NCBI GenBank assembly: GCA_951406725.2
Contig: OX597818.1
Coordinates: 80,538,001-80,602,000, forward strand
Direction of reading: 5' to 3'
Length of the DNA stretch: 64,000 nucleotides
Origin: Octopus vulgaris
Taxonomy: Eukaryota
In this document: positions 27,101 through 40,850 of the stretch, one piece after another
How the letters are laid out: the number at the start of each line of letters is the position of its first letter
Position numbering within the stretch: the stretch's first letter is position 1
Notes under the pieces: model-generated
Seen by the model: the letters and a program-made list of their open reading frames with translations, nothing else
Databases searched by the model: none
Told to the model about the DNA's origin: nothing
Made by a program: the position numbers and the translations under genes

Positions 27101-27344
27101 AATATTTAAAAAATAATATTGCAGAGTAGGTATAGTTGATTCAACTAATTTTGTATTCAACGGAGTTCGATCTCGAAATGATGAAAAGTAACTTCGACCT
27201 CGTTGAAACTTACAGAAGATAAATAGCAGTAAATAAGTCCCGCAAAATAATGTTATATATGCTTTATAATATATTCTTCCAGTCCACCGTCCACATAGAA
27301 TTTAGTACACTAAACGATCATTAAATAAGACGTATGGGAATATA

Positions 27345-27562
27345 TATTTCTCTACTACCCACAAGGGGCTAAACACAGACAGGACAAACAAGGACAGACA
27401 AACGGATTAAGTCGATTATATCGACCCCAGTGTGTAACTGGTACTTAATTTATCGACCCCGAAAGGATGAAAGGCAAAGTCGACCTCGGCGGAATTTGAA
27501 CTCGGAACGTGACGACAAACGAAATACAGCTACGCATTTTGCCCAGCGTGCTAACGTTTCTG
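27345..27562 (-). mobile_element. SINE family B
   Basis: Reverse complement of 9900-10115; GACGTATGGGAATATA occurs on both sides (about 27329 and about 27562), a probable TSD. Confidence 0.85.
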
Positions 27563-27870
27563 ACGTATGGGAATATAGAGTGAACTGATCCTTTCTTGGC
27601 TGCTATGTAGTCTTTACCCACCTATAGGTAGAGTACCCATATCAATTTTATTATATATATATTTTACCTTTTATTTTTTATCTTTTACATGGGTCAACCA
27701 TTTGAGTGTGGCCATGTTGGAGCACTGCCTTGAGAGCTTTTAGTCGACCAAATCAACCCCAGTATTAATTTTGTGTTTTAAGCCTAGCATTTATTTTAGG
27801 GTTCTCTTTTACACCGGTTGTTAAGCGGTAGTGACACACACACACACACACACACATTTTCATATTTCGC

Positions 27871-27956
27871 TTAGGCTCTGATGAAGCTTTAGAATGTTAT
27901 TCAGGTACTCAACTAAGGGTCCACCACATCTTAAAGTAGAAATTGCAGTAAGCTAA
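27871..27956 (+). ncRNA. Type I hammerhead motif with long stem II
   Basis: ttaggct-CTGATGA-A-GCTTTA...TAAAGT-A-GAAA-TTGCAG-TA-agctaa. Confidence 0.6.
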
Positions 27957-28212
27957 TGGAGTTCATTACATAACCTTCGTTTTATTCCCGTGTCATCTCT
28001 TTGTTCCTCTCTCCTCTCTCTCTCTCACGCACACTCTCCCTCTCTCTCACACACACACTCTCTCTCTCTCATGATATATATATATATATACTACTAATAT
28101 AGGATGAAGCTTTTTTACAGAAAAAAATTTCATCAGAAAATGTGCCGATTTAAAAGTCTGTTATCAGCATACTGGCATAGAAATAATTTTCTTTAGCCCT
28201 TGTTTATAAGTT

Positions 28213-28264
<52 letters not shown>

Positions 28265-28403
28265 TAGGTATCAGTTAGAGGGGTTTAATACCTCTAAGGG
28301 ATAATTAAATCCAGAGTCGCTCCTGGCTATTAGCTGGGTAGGAACAGTCTTTTGTAAGGTTGTACAGCAGCAGGTGGTTTGGTTGGTAAACCGAAGTTTA
28401 GGT

Positions 28404-28889
28404 TATATAGGAGAAGAAAATGGATATAATAACAATGGGAAACTCGTGATTTTCGCTGGTATGTCTTTAATTAAACAGGTAACAAAGAAGGAAGAAGCAG
28501 AGATGAGGGTAGCATTTACGATCGTTTCGATTTACTGTTTTAAGTAAATCTCTTCAGATGCAAGTATAGATAGATGCATCGGTTAGGATGCGAAAATAAT
28601 TGATACATATGTGATGGTAATATAAACAAAGTGGTAATTCTTACATTAAATTTTTGTTCTTGCACTGGTAAATTCACTGGGTAGAGGTTTGCTTGTCGTA
28701 GATTGGTTGGTTTCGTTGGGTAATCAGGGAGGGGTGAGTACTATTTAGGTGCGGATTTCCTAATTTAATTAAGCACATTTTTTTGCACGCGTTTATTCCA
28801 TTTTACGATTACTAACACCGGCGGTGTTAGTAAGACATACCAGCGAAAACCACGAGTTTCCCATTGTTATTATATCCATTTTCTCCTCC

Positions 28890-28895
<6 letters not shown>
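28404..28895. mobile_element. About 490-bp element bounded by about 63-bp inverted repeats, carrying a hammerhead
   Basis: 28404-28467 is the reverse complement of 28832-28895; the right end runs into (TA)n. Confidence 0.75.
28512..28561 (-). ncRNA. Type I hammerhead ribozyme motif
   Basis: gcat-CTGAAGA-GATTTAC(8 nt)GTAAATC-GAAA-CGATCG-TA-a-atgc; perfect 7-bp stem II and palindromic ACGATCGT stem III. Confidence 0.75.
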
Positions 28896-28982
<87 letters not shown>

Positions 28983-29372
28983 ATGTATGTATGTATGTAT
29001 GCATGTATGTATGTATACGGCGGGCTTTTTCAGTTTCCGTCTACCAAATCACCTTAGAAGTTCGGATCATGGTTTCGATACCCAGACTAGGCGGTGCGTT
29101 GTGTTCTTCAGCAAAACACTTCATTCCTCTCATTGCTCCTGTCCAGTCCATTCAGCTGTAAATGAGATGAGTAAGTCTGCGACAGACTGGTGTCTCATTC
29201 AGAAGGAGTGTTGGCCTGTCCGCCTACCCAGTGTGGGGGCATCATTCAAAAGTTACAAAATGCGAAAAAGCGCATTATAAGACTATTGGATGTAACAACA
29301 TCCAATAGTCTGGTAGATACAGTGGTATGTGTGCGAATGTGTGTGTGTGTGTGGGGGGGTGTATATACATAT

Positions 29373-29537
29373 AGGCGCAGGCGTAGCTGTGTGGTAAGAA
29401 CCATCTTCCCAATTACATGGTTCCGGGTTCAATTCCATTGCTTGACACCTTGGGCAAGCGTCTTCTACTATAGCCTCGGACCGACCAAAGCCTTGTGAGA
29501 GAATTTAGTAGACGGAAACTAGAAGAAGCATGTTGTT

Positions 29538-29540
<3 letters not shown>
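29373..29540 (+). mobile_element. SINE family A, 5' half
   Basis: Head and body up to the internal (TG)n. Confidence 0.82.
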
Positions 29541-29580
<40 letters not shown>

Positions 29581-29948
29581 TACTCAAAACATGAGGACAA
29601 CTTTGGAAGTATATGTTTGCCACTATAGGTAATATCACGAAATATGACATAGATACAGTAATTATGATATAACTTTTATCAAATTTCTTGGTGCCTATAT
29701 AAAATGATGAAATATATTTATTACCTTAAAATGTAATTAAATACGACAAGATTCTGATATAAATATATATCATTATTTTTGTAAATTTTATCAACATAAT
29801 CGCAATCTTCTCCATCGAAATCCTATCTCTGCAAAATTTGATTAAAAACGTGTATTTTTCAGAAAATTATGACATTCATCCTGCACCTCTTACCACTCTC
29901 TCTCTCTCTCTTTCTCTCTCGCTCTCTCTGTCTCTCTCTCTCTCTTCA

Positions 29949-30010
<62 letters not shown>

Positions 30011-30098
30011 CTATTCTATTCTATTCTATTCTATTCTATAAAACGTGACTGGAGAAATCAACCATCCAACATTTATGCTGGCTTCTATTAGGGATATT

Positions 30099-30305
30099 AG
30101 GGTGGCGAGATTGGCAGAATTGTTAGCATGCTTAACAGCATTCTTCCGGTTTTACTTTCTGTGTTTAAATTTCGTCGAGGTAGACTTTGCCTTTCATCCC
30201 TTAGGGGTCGATAAAATAAGTACCGGTTGAACATTGGGGCTGATGTAATCGACTAGCCTTATCTCCTCAATTTCTAGGCTTTGTGTATATAGCAAGAAAG
30301 AATGA
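30099..30305 (+). mobile_element. SINE family B
   Basis: GACTTTGCCTTTCATCCC..GGGGTCGATAAAATAAGTACC. Confidence 0.78.
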
Positions 30306-30392
30306 TTAAACAAAGATATGTATGTATATTTGTATGTGTGTATATTTTCTGTACATGTGTGTGTGGTTGACTTAATTAAATTTGATAACTAG

Positions 30393-30585
30393 ATTCAGTG
30401 ACATTGATCTTTCTTCCAAGCGCTACTTTCACAACACTGACGACATTTGTGCTGCATGTTCTGCTTCCAAAGGTGAACCTCACCTCCTTCCAGAACTTAT
30501 TTATGAATCTATCCAAAGGAACACCCGATTTGTCACTCGACTTGGTGGAAATAGTGACCAAATTTCCTTCAAATCGCTGTGTTAA
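30393..30585 (+). CDS. Candidate terminal coding exon of an unknown gene
   Basis: Non-repetitive open frame FSDIDLSSKRYFHNTDDICAACSASKGEPHLLPELIYESIQRNTRFVTRLGGNSDQISFKSLC* after AG at 30391-30392; ATTAAA at 30601. The acceptor is weak and I recognise no homolog. Confidence 0.25.
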
Positions 30586-31594
30586 AAGAGGGATAGGCAC
30601 ATTAAATAATATAATCCGAGATACCTACCACACATACGAGTGAATTACAGCTGAAATATATTTTTTTACATATAGCTCTCTGCTCCACTACCCTGCTTTG
30701 TGCGACTCCAGTTATTTAATTCCAGTTTAATCAAGCTTTACATACGCCAGTAAATGTACTGTTTACTGTCCCCATATATAAGAACTACCGTTCCTACCGA
30801 GCGATGAAGGATGAAGTCGGTATTCGTAGCTGACAACATGGAAGAACGCAGAAATACATGCTTTCCCACGATTCAGTAACGTCCCCCATTGGCAAATGCG
30901 TTTTCACACATTTTGTCTGTGAGAAAAATTTTCTCCCGGGGCTACTTTCACGGCAAAAGGTCTTCCTATGTCCAAATGTACACTAACGTTTTAATTATCA
31001 TTATACAAGATTATATACTTATTCAACGTTGCTCCGTGCAACTCTAGTTACTTAACAAAAACATTAACAACAGCATATACAACAACGGTAACAACCTGCT
31101 GGTGTCTAGATAATTATGGTCAGCAGGGATTAATTAACTACTATGGGTCAGGTTCAGAAAGCTGTGGCCGTTGGCAGGATACGACCGGAGAACGTTCTCG
31201 AATATTATATTTTTTTATTGGGACAATTGATAGACTATCGATTGGCCCTCATCAGTCACAAATGGACCAAACTACAAAATGAAATAACCAAATTAGATAA
31301 GCTTGAACTCTACGTCAATGAAGAGACGTATGCACAAAGGTATTTCTTTTAATCCCTCTCTCCTTCCCTTCCTCTCTCACTCTCTATCTCCCTATATCAA
31401 TCTATCTCTCTTATTTTATTTCGTTTTACAGCTGCTGTCAGATTATCGACCAGAAATTCATGTGGTACTCACTTTGCTAACTTAGACATTTTGTTGAGTG
31501 ATTACAAATGTCAGTAGTTAGATGGGTAGAGTAGGAGAAGACGGTGGAACAAAATGAATTGAGTTTCTGTGCCAATTCTTCTGGCAGAAATAGA

Positions 31595-31665
<71 letters not shown>

Positions 31666-32026
31666 TCATGATGATGATGATAAATAAATAAATAAATAAG
31701 ACCCTACTTAAATGCAGTGAACATCAGGCCATTTATCAAAGTCAACTGGACGCCCAGAGTATACCACGTCTGTCAAACTATTATCACCATCCTTAATCTC
31801 ATTGGAGCCATTTTGTTTTTAGATATAATTCTTTTCTTATATAGCATTTTGAGACAGTTGACGCCTCATGCTAAGCAAAGTATTTTACTTTTTACCATGG
31901 TCGATGGATGAAAATTTGCTTAAGCCAAAGAGATTTGAAGAAACGCCTTACTTGTTGGAAGTGACTTCATGACTTGCTTTGTGACACAACCGAATCGAAA
32001 TAACAAGACTTTTGCGAGGCAACAGT

Positions 32027-32356
<330 letters not shown>

Positions 32357-32862
32357 GCAGTGGCTCTCATGGCTTCTGATCTTAACCGATTGGAAATGTT
32401 ATCATGTACATGTTTTGTCTTGGTATAAAAGATGGGTTACAACAAATATTTTGCTCAATACCATAGATCTGCACGTCAGTTGCTTGATCTTAGACAGTTG
32501 AGAATGCCCCTTAGTGGCTGACGATATGTGCATTTCTGATCATGAGCGCGAGTAGTGGGGAAGCATCACAGCCATGTGTTGAGAGAAATTTTTTGGGGCT
32601 TGAATAAAATCACCATTGGAAACATGGGTGTTTCGTTCATCATCTTTAAACAAACTTTATTCAGGGATTTTTTGAGCGGATGGGCTATTCGACCTGAAGA
32701 AAATTCTAACTGGGTCCCACCTACAAGGTTATGTACTGTCTATCTTGATATGAAATCATCGTGCCAAAAACCTATGGTTGCGATGCATGTGCCTGGTGTA
32801 CTCTTATCAGACGGGTTGTCACGATGGCTATATTGGTACCCCAGTGACACTTTGATGGCATG
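32357..32862 (+). mobile_element. Family E copy 1: probable 3' UTR of an (AAT)n-targeting non-LTR retrotransposon
   Basis: Homologous to 33039-33521 and 36025-36483; preceded by (AAT)n. Confidence 0.7.
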
Positions 32863-32978
32863 CTTTGGAAAAATATATTATAAAGCATATACAAAATTAT
32901 TTTGCAGAATCTGTTTTACCGCTATCTAGTTTCAACGAAGTCGAATTTACTTTTCATCGTTTCGAGATCGAACCCTTA

Positions 32979-33035
<57 letters not shown>

Positions 33036-33038
33036 TAA

Positions 33039-33521
33039 CTTGTTTTGTCTTGGTATAAAAGATGGGCTACAGCAAATATTCTGCTCAATACCACAGATTT
33101 GCTTGTCAGTTGTTTGACCTTAACCAGTTGAGCATGTCCCTTAGTGGCTGACGATATGTGCATCTCTGATCACGAGCAGAAGTAGTGGGGGAGCATCATA
33201 GCCATGTGTTGAGAGGGATTCTTTGGGGTTTGAATAGTTCACCTCTGGAAACATGGGTACTTCATTCAACATCCTTAAACAACCCTTATTCAGGGACCGT
33301 TTGGGCGGGATGGGCTACTCAACCTGAAGAAAATTCTAACTGGGCCCCACCTGCAAGGTCATGTGCTGTTTATCTTGATATGAGATCACCATGTCGCGCA
33401 CATATGGTTGTGATGCAGGTGCCTGGTGTACCTTTATCAGACGGGTAGTCATGATGGGTATATTGGGCTTCGTATATTTTACCCCAGTGTCACTTTGATG
33501 GCATGAACTGCTCTCTCACTC
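33039..33521 (+). mobile_element. Family E copy 2
   Basis: Flanked on both sides by (AAT)n; 3' end CTGCTCTCTCACTC(AAT)n. Confidence 0.75.
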
Positions 33522-34350
33522 AATAATAATAATAATAATGATGATGATGATGATGATGATGGTTTCAAATTTTAGTACAGAGCTAGCAACTGGTACTTAT
33601 TTATTGATTTCCGAATGGATGGAAGACAAAGTTGACCTGAACTGAATTTGTGAAATTCAAATTCCGCCCAAATAATAATAAAAATAATGCTAATTTTGAC
33701 ACAAGACCAGCAATTTTCTTTTTGTAGAGTTGAGATTGGAGTAAGTCAATTACATCGACTGCAGCTGGTTGAATTTTTCCCCAACTAAAAGAACGGAAGT
33801 CAAAGCTGACCTTCGTGGTATTTTAAATTCAAAATATACAGAGCCGGAATAAATATTTATTTTCTTCTTTACCGTCTTCTGGATTATTTCCCGCAGCAAA
33901 GAGATGATGTTTGGTCTTACAAAACTCCCCTGTCTACGCTTTTTCTTATAACTGTGATAGATCTAAAAATTCTACATGTTTTATTCTGTATTAAACAAGG
34001 TCTTGCTTTCATACAACTCCAGTATGAACGGACCGCAATATTTGACTTCGCGTAAGAATCTCTACTTTGTTATTACTATCGCTGTCCTCGTGATTATTCC
34101 AGTGTTTGGGGCAATTTCTATGAATTATTCATTGAAATGTTTATTTGCTTCGTCAGAATTAATTAATTTTGGTAGTTGTTTTTGCTTTGTTTGCTTATTT
34201 ATTCGTGTGTTTAACTATTTAGCTATGGTAAGAAATGTGCTCAGTAGTTAAGAAGTTCGATTAGCAATCACGTGGTTTCAAGTTTAGTCTCACATCATGC
34301 TATCTTGAGCAAGTGTCTTCTAATTAGAGTACCGGCCAACTAAAGCACAT

Positions 34351-34389
<39 letters not shown>

Positions 34390-34849
34390 TCACCGTTCGA
34401 CAACTGGTGTTGGTTTGTTTACATCGCCGTAACTTAGCGGTTCGGCTTAAGAAATCGAAAAAGTAAAAACTAAGATGCATTCGTTCAACTAAAACCCTTC
34501 AAAGCGGAACCGCTGCGTGGTCGCAGTCCACTCACTGAAACAAGTAAAAGATAAAATATATCACAATGCTTAGTTTTGTAGCAGAATTGTGCGTGGTGGC
34601 CATTTTTGGATGTGAAAATGTAACGTGGTGTAAACAAAATTGTAAAAGTTTACGCAGCAAATCACCTTTTTTTCTTTGTTGCTTACCCTGGTTATCATTC
34701 AAAGGCAGTTCTTCCAGAGGTAATTATAGTTTTTTACAAGTACTTCAATGGTAATTGCATTTTCGTAATACTTGAAATGAATACTTGAACAGAGAATTTC
34801 AAACGACATAATAATAATAACAATAATAATAGTAATAATAATAATAATA

Positions 34850-35040
34850 ATACTTTCTACTATAAGCACAAGGCCTGAAATTTTCGCGGAGTAGGGCAGT
34901 CGATTACATCGACCACAGTGATCAACTGTTATTTATTTTATTCACCCTGAAAGGATGACAGGCAAAGTCGACCTTGGTGAAATTTGAACTCAGGCGGACG
35001 AAATACCGCTGAGCATTTTCTACGGCGTGTTAGCGATTCA
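34850..35040 (-). mobile_element. SINE family B
   Basis: Family B motifs reversed; the tail merges with (AAT)n. Confidence 0.8.
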
Positions 35041-35111
35041 GTCAATAATAATGATAATAATAATTATAATGACAATAATAATAGCGAGGTATAAGAAGAA
35101 ATAGCAAAAAT

Positions 35112-35327
35112 AAAATAGCAAAGTACCAGGACCTAGTCATTGAATTACAGAGACTATGGAAAGTGCTGGTAAAATGTATCCTAGTAGTTATAGGTGCATT
35201 GGGAACTATCTCTAAAGATTTGAACAGATGGATAGAGGAAATACGCATGAAACCCAAATTAGTACTACTCCAGAAAACAGTGTTATTAGGGACGGCTAGG
35301 ATACTTAGGAGGATTCTTGGCATCTAA
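35112..35327 (+). mobile_element. R4/Dong-clade retrotransposon RLE endonuclease C-terminus
   Basis: KIAKYQDLVIELQRLWK...VVIGALGTISKDL...LQKTVLLGTARILRRILGI*. Confidence 0.85.
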
Positions 35328-35474
35328 GGTTACTTGTTGCAGTTCGATGTTAGGACTTTTTATTTTCCAACAGTCTAATCTGTTGTGTGTACATGAAAAT
35401 ACCAACAACAGCAACTACTACTACACCAACAGCAGCAATGTCAGTAGTAGTAATTGTAGCAGTTGTAGTAAAAG

Positions 35475-35860
35475 AGTGCATTGGGATGTTAGGCGAATGT
35501 ATGGATTGAAAGTAGAAGTGGTATGAACATGATCCATGTAATGGTGAAGGATATTAACAGGATTTTATGGAAGACCAAATATCATGATTATAGAGAACAA
35601 AAAAGCACGATCATTTGACTTAGCAATACCATATGATTACAGAGAAGATATTAAGGAAGCTGAAAAGGTTGAGAAGTATTGGAACCTAGCCAAAGAGTTG
35701 AAGAGATTGTGGAAGACTACGACAACAATTATTTCTGTGGTAATTGGTAGACATGGCACAACACCCAAACTGCTACCTAAGGGTCTAAAGGATAGTGGAA
35801 ATGAGACCTTCAGAAAAGTGCCATCCTGTATTTTGCAAGAATCTTTCTTAAGATTCTTGC
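35475..35860 (+). mobile_element. Second R4/Dong-clade RLE remnant
   Basis: VHWD...YG; RPNIMII...DLAIPYDYRE..KEAEKVEKYWNLAKELKRLWK...VVIG.HGT (decayed PD..D motif). Confidence 0.8.
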
Positions 35861-35962
35861 TATTGTCAGCGATTTGTCGTACCAAACTTCCAGTCGACAT
35901 CCCTGCCGACCAAAGTAGCATATGATAGTTTTATTGCTATGGTGATGATGATGATGATGATG

Positions 35963-36024
<62 letters not shown>

Positions 36025-36025
<1 letters not shown>

Positions 36026-36483
36026 TTCTTGGTATAAAAGATGGGCTACAGCAAATATTCTGCTCAATACCACAGATTTGCTTGTCAGTTGTTTGACCTT
36101 AACCAGTTGAGTATGTCCTTGAGTGGCTGACAATAGGTGCATCTCTGATCACGAGCAGAAGTAGTGAGGGAGCATCATAGCCATATGTTGAGAGGAATTC
36201 TTTAGGGTCTGAATAATTCCCCTCTGGAAACATGGGTGTTTCATTCAAAATCCTTAAACAACTCTTATTTTGGGACCTTTTGAGCGAGATGGGCTACTTG
36301 ACCTGAAGAAGATTCTAACTGGGTCCCACCTGCAAGATCATGCGCTGTTTATCTTGATATGAGATCACCATGTCGCGCACATATGGTTGTGATGCATGTA
36401 CCTGGTGTAGTCATGATAAGTATACTGGGCTTCGTATATTTTACCCCAGTGTCACTTTGATGGCATGCACTGCTCTCTCACTC
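36025..36483 (+). mobile_element. Family E copy 3
   Basis: Flanked by (AAT)n on both sides; same 3' end as copy 2. Confidence 0.75.
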
Positions 36484-36546
<63 letters not shown>

Positions 36547-36549
<3 letters not shown>

Positions 36550-36742
36550 CCTTTCTACTAAAGGCTTGAAATTTTGGGGAAGGGCTAGTTGATTAGATCG
36601 ACCCCAATGCGTAACTGGTACCTATTTTATTGACCCCAAAATGATGAAAGGCAAAGTCGACCTCGGTGGAATTTGAGCTCAGAACGTAAAGACGGACGAA
36701 ATGCATCTAAGCATTTTTCCTAGCGTGCCACCTTGCCGCCTT
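36547..36742 (-). mobile_element. SINE family B
   Basis: Family B motifs reversed. Confidence 0.8.
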
Positions 36743-36828
36743 ACTAATGATGATGATTATGAATATGATGATGATGATAACGATGATGATGATGACGACG
36801 ACGACAACGACGACGATGACGACGATGG

Positions 36829-36896
<68 letters not shown>

Positions 36897-36929
36897 CGGG
36901 ATGCTTAGTACTGAACGCAGAGTCATATA

Positions 36930-37298
36930 TATATTGTAAATATCGTGTTGAATGGAACCTCTGCCAGCCTGGTTGAATATGCCATCAGTTGAAATTCATA
37001 GTCACTGCCAAGTGGAAATTTACAATGTATTCTTAATTATATACTTTGGATTGAGTTATAAATGATATTCTTTGGGTGGTTAGATAGTTTGTGCAAATAT
37101 TGCAGTTGTTTTATAGGAATTTTTCATAGAAGCAATGTATTGTTTTATCTGAGTTTAAGGTGATATCTAAGAAATCGGATTATTATTATTAATGGGGATC
37201 GACTGTGATATTAAATTTTAGCACTTTAAAAATTAGTGGAAACTTTTCAGAAGTTTTCAGCTTTGTTGAAATTTCAGAGGATAATTAAACTGTTGTGT

Positions 37299-37375
<77 letters not shown>

Positions 37376-37532
37376 TGTGTGTGTAAAAATGTTTAAGTAG
37401 TTGAATGAATTATCCTAGTATGGATAATTCGGTTAACCGATACCCGAGTAGCAAATTTACGTCAGAAATATGTCGAGAATAAAGGAATTTTGTTAAATCG
37501 TCGTTCGACTCCATCCTTTCATTTATATATAT

Positions 37533-37589
<57 letters not shown>

Positions 37590-38790
37590 GGTGGCCCCAA
37601 ATGTAGGCTTACAGTTATATTACGTAGGTACTTTAAATTTCGTTAAAACATTTTATTGCATTTAAATTTCTATCTTATAAACTGAAAAGGGAGCCTGAAA
37701 TAATTACCTAAATTACCATAGAATAATGGTTTCATATTTTTTTATAATTAAGATCTAAACTGTTAATATAGGAATGCGAAAGAGATAGTTGAATAACTGT
37801 AAACCTACTTTTTAGGGCCACTTTGTATACATATGTATAGCGTCAGGTATGAAAAGGATCTTTCATATAGTGACCTTATTATAAGTGATGCATCTAAGGT
37901 ACTTAATTCCGCAGAATCCTTTGCTTCCATACTCAAGTCAAAATAACTAGTATTTTGCTTTTTTATCAAAGGCAAAATACTAGTTAAAAGGGAATATGAC
38001 TTTTTTTTAACTTGGAGTATTGTCTCAATTTTAGCTGGTTTGTTGGGAAAATGGTGATACTATTCGCAAAATTAATAGAATCGATAAGGATATATTTAGA
38101 AAGAGATGAAGAACAGTCACATTTATCAAACTAGAAATAAAACATACTCAAGAATATATTAATCAATTATAGATTTACTCACGTCTTGATGTCAGTTTTA
38201 AAGGATTAATAACTGTAATAGACGGGTAGTTGGACAAATTAAATTTGTGGTCTTTTAGAGTGATGTAAGGCTTCTGTAGGATTAAGATATCTTTTCTGTC
38301 TTTCACATTAAAGATTAGTAGCTATATTCTATTGATGTGTTTACTTCATTTAACATAGAAAAATAAGTATTTTTTCTGTATCTGTTTGAAATCAAATTTA
38401 ATATATAAGTTGGCAATATATATGTTTGCTTATATTCAAAGATATTTTGTGTTTTAGCTTATCAAATGTTATTTATGTGCTTTATTTTGTTGATTATATT
38501 GCAGAGAACATTTTGAGAAGTTGTTGGAGTAATTCTTGAAGCTTAAATATTATTGTCATGTAGGCTAAATAATTTTCAAAGGGTTAAAAATGAAGATTGG
38601 TAGATTTAGTAGGTTATGTCCATAATTGAACTTAAGGTTTTCTCTCTCGGTTTCTCCCACAATTTTATTTTCTAGTTCATTACGACACCCACAAACTGGA
38701 AGTGATACTTTCTGACTTCCAGTGGCAAAAACCCGTAGTTTTACCTTTTCCAACTGCCTTTCTGACGAACGCTGAGATTTGTTTTCCCCA
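36930..38790 (-). mobile_element. Highly decayed PLE reverse transcriptase (Naiad-like), interrupted by microsatellites and a MITE
   Basis: Ordered motifs KPYITLKDHKFN..NYP...INPLK (about 38195-38273), SMEAKDSAEL (about 37905-37933), DFLDITLN (about 37152-37176) and NHPKNII (about 37060-37082). A related fragment lies at about 42290-42440. Confidence 0.7.
37587..37825. mobile_element. Tc1/mariner-type MITE
   Basis: About 32-bp imperfect TIRs CAGGGTGGCCCCAAATGTAGGCTTACAGTTAT / ATAACTGTAAACCTACTTTTTAGGGCCACTTTG, TA-flanked. Confidence 0.82.
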
Positions 38791-38806
38791 GTTCTCGTGT
38801 ATGTGT

Positions 38807-38842
<36 letters not shown>

Positions 38843-39049
38843 GTGTGTGTTAGTGTGTGTGTGTGTGTGTGTGTATTCTCAGAAACCAACACTTCTTCTG
38901 AAAATTAGCTAAACTGGAATTGTGTATCTTACAACTTATGCAACAAGCATCACTTTGGTATGAAACTTCGTAGTCCATATACGTGTATAAGAAAGCGACA
39001 ATGGCTTAACTGGCAGAAACTTCGAAGAAACATTATATCTATCTATTTA

Positions 39050-39138
<89 letters not shown>

Positions 39139-39454
39139 ATATATATATATATATATATATATAGGTGCAGGAATGGTTGTGTGGCACCTGGAGCAAGTGT
39201 CTTCTACTATATCCAAGGGCCGACCAAAGCCTTGTGAGTGGATTTGGTAGACGGAAACTGTATGTATGTGTCCCCCCCCACTATCACTTGACAACCGATG
39301 TCGGTGTGTTTCCAAGAGAGAGAGACAGACAGAGACAGAGACAGACAGACCGACAAAGAGAGAGAGAGAGAGACATGCATACATGCATATATATGCTGGA
39401 CCGCTGAAATCTATAAGTTTTTTTTAATTCTCTCTTTGTTTATTTTCCTCTATA

Positions 39455-39492
39455 TCTTTCTGTTGAAGAGCGTATGCACGAAACGTAGAAGA
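39455..39492 (+). ncRNA. Minimal hammerhead-like motif (family F)
   Basis: tcttt-CTGTTGA-A-GAGC-gtat-GCAC-GAAAC-GTA-gaaga. Confidence 0.45.
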
Positions 39493-39850
39493 CTTTTATT
39501 TTCCCGAGCGTCAAACTAATACACTTGCTTGTTGTTGTTCATACACACGTCTTCGTCTCTTGTTTTTCTATAAATTTCAACTATATATATATATATATAT
39601 ATACAAATTGAGATAGGGGTTGTAAATGCAACCCTCCATGGGATAAAATATATCCAATATACTGCTAGTGAAGTACCCAACAAAGTTAATACATAAATGT
39701 TAAGGATTGCGATGCAATCAATTCATTTACTGTATCATATGGGCAATGGTAAAATGATATTTACTAATTTATATTATTTATTTACATTATTATGTATATG
39801 TATATTTTTATATGTATAGGAGTGTGAGTATATGCACTCATATGTATATG

Positions 39851-39983
39851 TATATCTCCGAAGAGGCTTTATGATATTTTTGTAAATGTCTCATTTATAT
39901 CTATATATTGACCTACCATAAAAGGCTAATATTGGTAAAATGGGACATACTTATCTACATGGCCGAAACAGCTGTAAGATGTA
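39851..39983 (+). ncRNA. Type I hammerhead motif with about 95-nt loop II
   Basis: tatatct-CCGAAGA-GGC...GCC-GAAA-CAGCTG-TA-agatgta; 7-bp stem I and palindromic stem III. Confidence 0.6.
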
Positions 39984-40227
39984 ATCTATACTTATATTTA
40001 TATTTACTTATATTTATATTCTCTTTTTTATATATATTCTACTTATTATACAACATTACTCTTTATGTACACTTTTTTATGTACATTCCTTTATGTACAC
40101 TGATTTGTTCTGCTTTTTTATGTTTAACCCTACAGTCTCTTATGTGGTGGTTTAATAAAGTATGTGATTGAGTATTATCTGGTAATTGATATTTGATTTA
40201 GATGTATTTCTCCATTTTCTTATCTTG

Positions 40228-40277
<50 letters not shown>

Positions 40278-40359
40278 CATAGATACATACATGCGTGTAT
40301 ATACATGGATATATGCATATGTATATATGTAAATATATATATATATACATATATATATG

Positions 40360-40391
<32 letters not shown>

Positions 40392-40482
40392 ATTTTAATC
40401 CAAACGGGAAACAAAAAAACAACAACAATGGAACAATTACAGTATTATTATTAATAGGCGCTCAGGAAATGGAAGCAGGGAG

Positions 40483-40517
40483 GTATGACGTTTCGAGCGG
40501 AGCTCTTCGTCGGAAAC
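40483..40517 (-). ncRNA. Minimal hammerhead motif (family F2)
   Basis: gttt-CCGACGA-A-GAGC-tcc-GCTC-GAAAC-GTC-atac. Confidence 0.5.
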
Positions 40518-40814
40518 ATAAAGAAGGAAGAGAGAGGAAAGAAAGATCCCAGAGCGGGCAACAGGGATAGAGAAAAAAACGACTGGTGTTTACGAGTTGC
40601 ACATGGTGAAAGGCGGATGTTTACGATAACAAGAGCAAAGTGGGTTTTTAAAGGCAAAAGAGTGGAGACAAGGTTGGTAACGCAACAGATGTGTGTGTAT
40701 GTGTGAGTGTGTGCGTGTGCGTGTGTGTATGTGTGTGTGTGAGGCGAGATAACAAAACAAAAAATATATGTATGTGTTAGTGTGTGCGTCTGTGTGTAGG
40801 CGTGTGAGGTAGGG

Positions 40815-40850
<36 letters not shown>

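Noticed and set aside
31026-31047. Helitron 3' end (GTTGC-tccgt-GCAAC then CTAG|T)
   Set aside because: The hairpin is short and too close to CTAG, and no matching 5' end was identified.
32357-36483. CRISPR array or other prokaryotic repeat-spacer system
   Set aside because: Repeats are long dispersed retroelement pieces in eukaryotic DNA; there is no regular short repeat-spacer period and no cas genes anywhere in the window.
38565-38790. Host coding exon on the minus strand
   Set aside because: It lies upstream of and in line with the decayed PLE RT on the same strand, so it is more likely part of that element.
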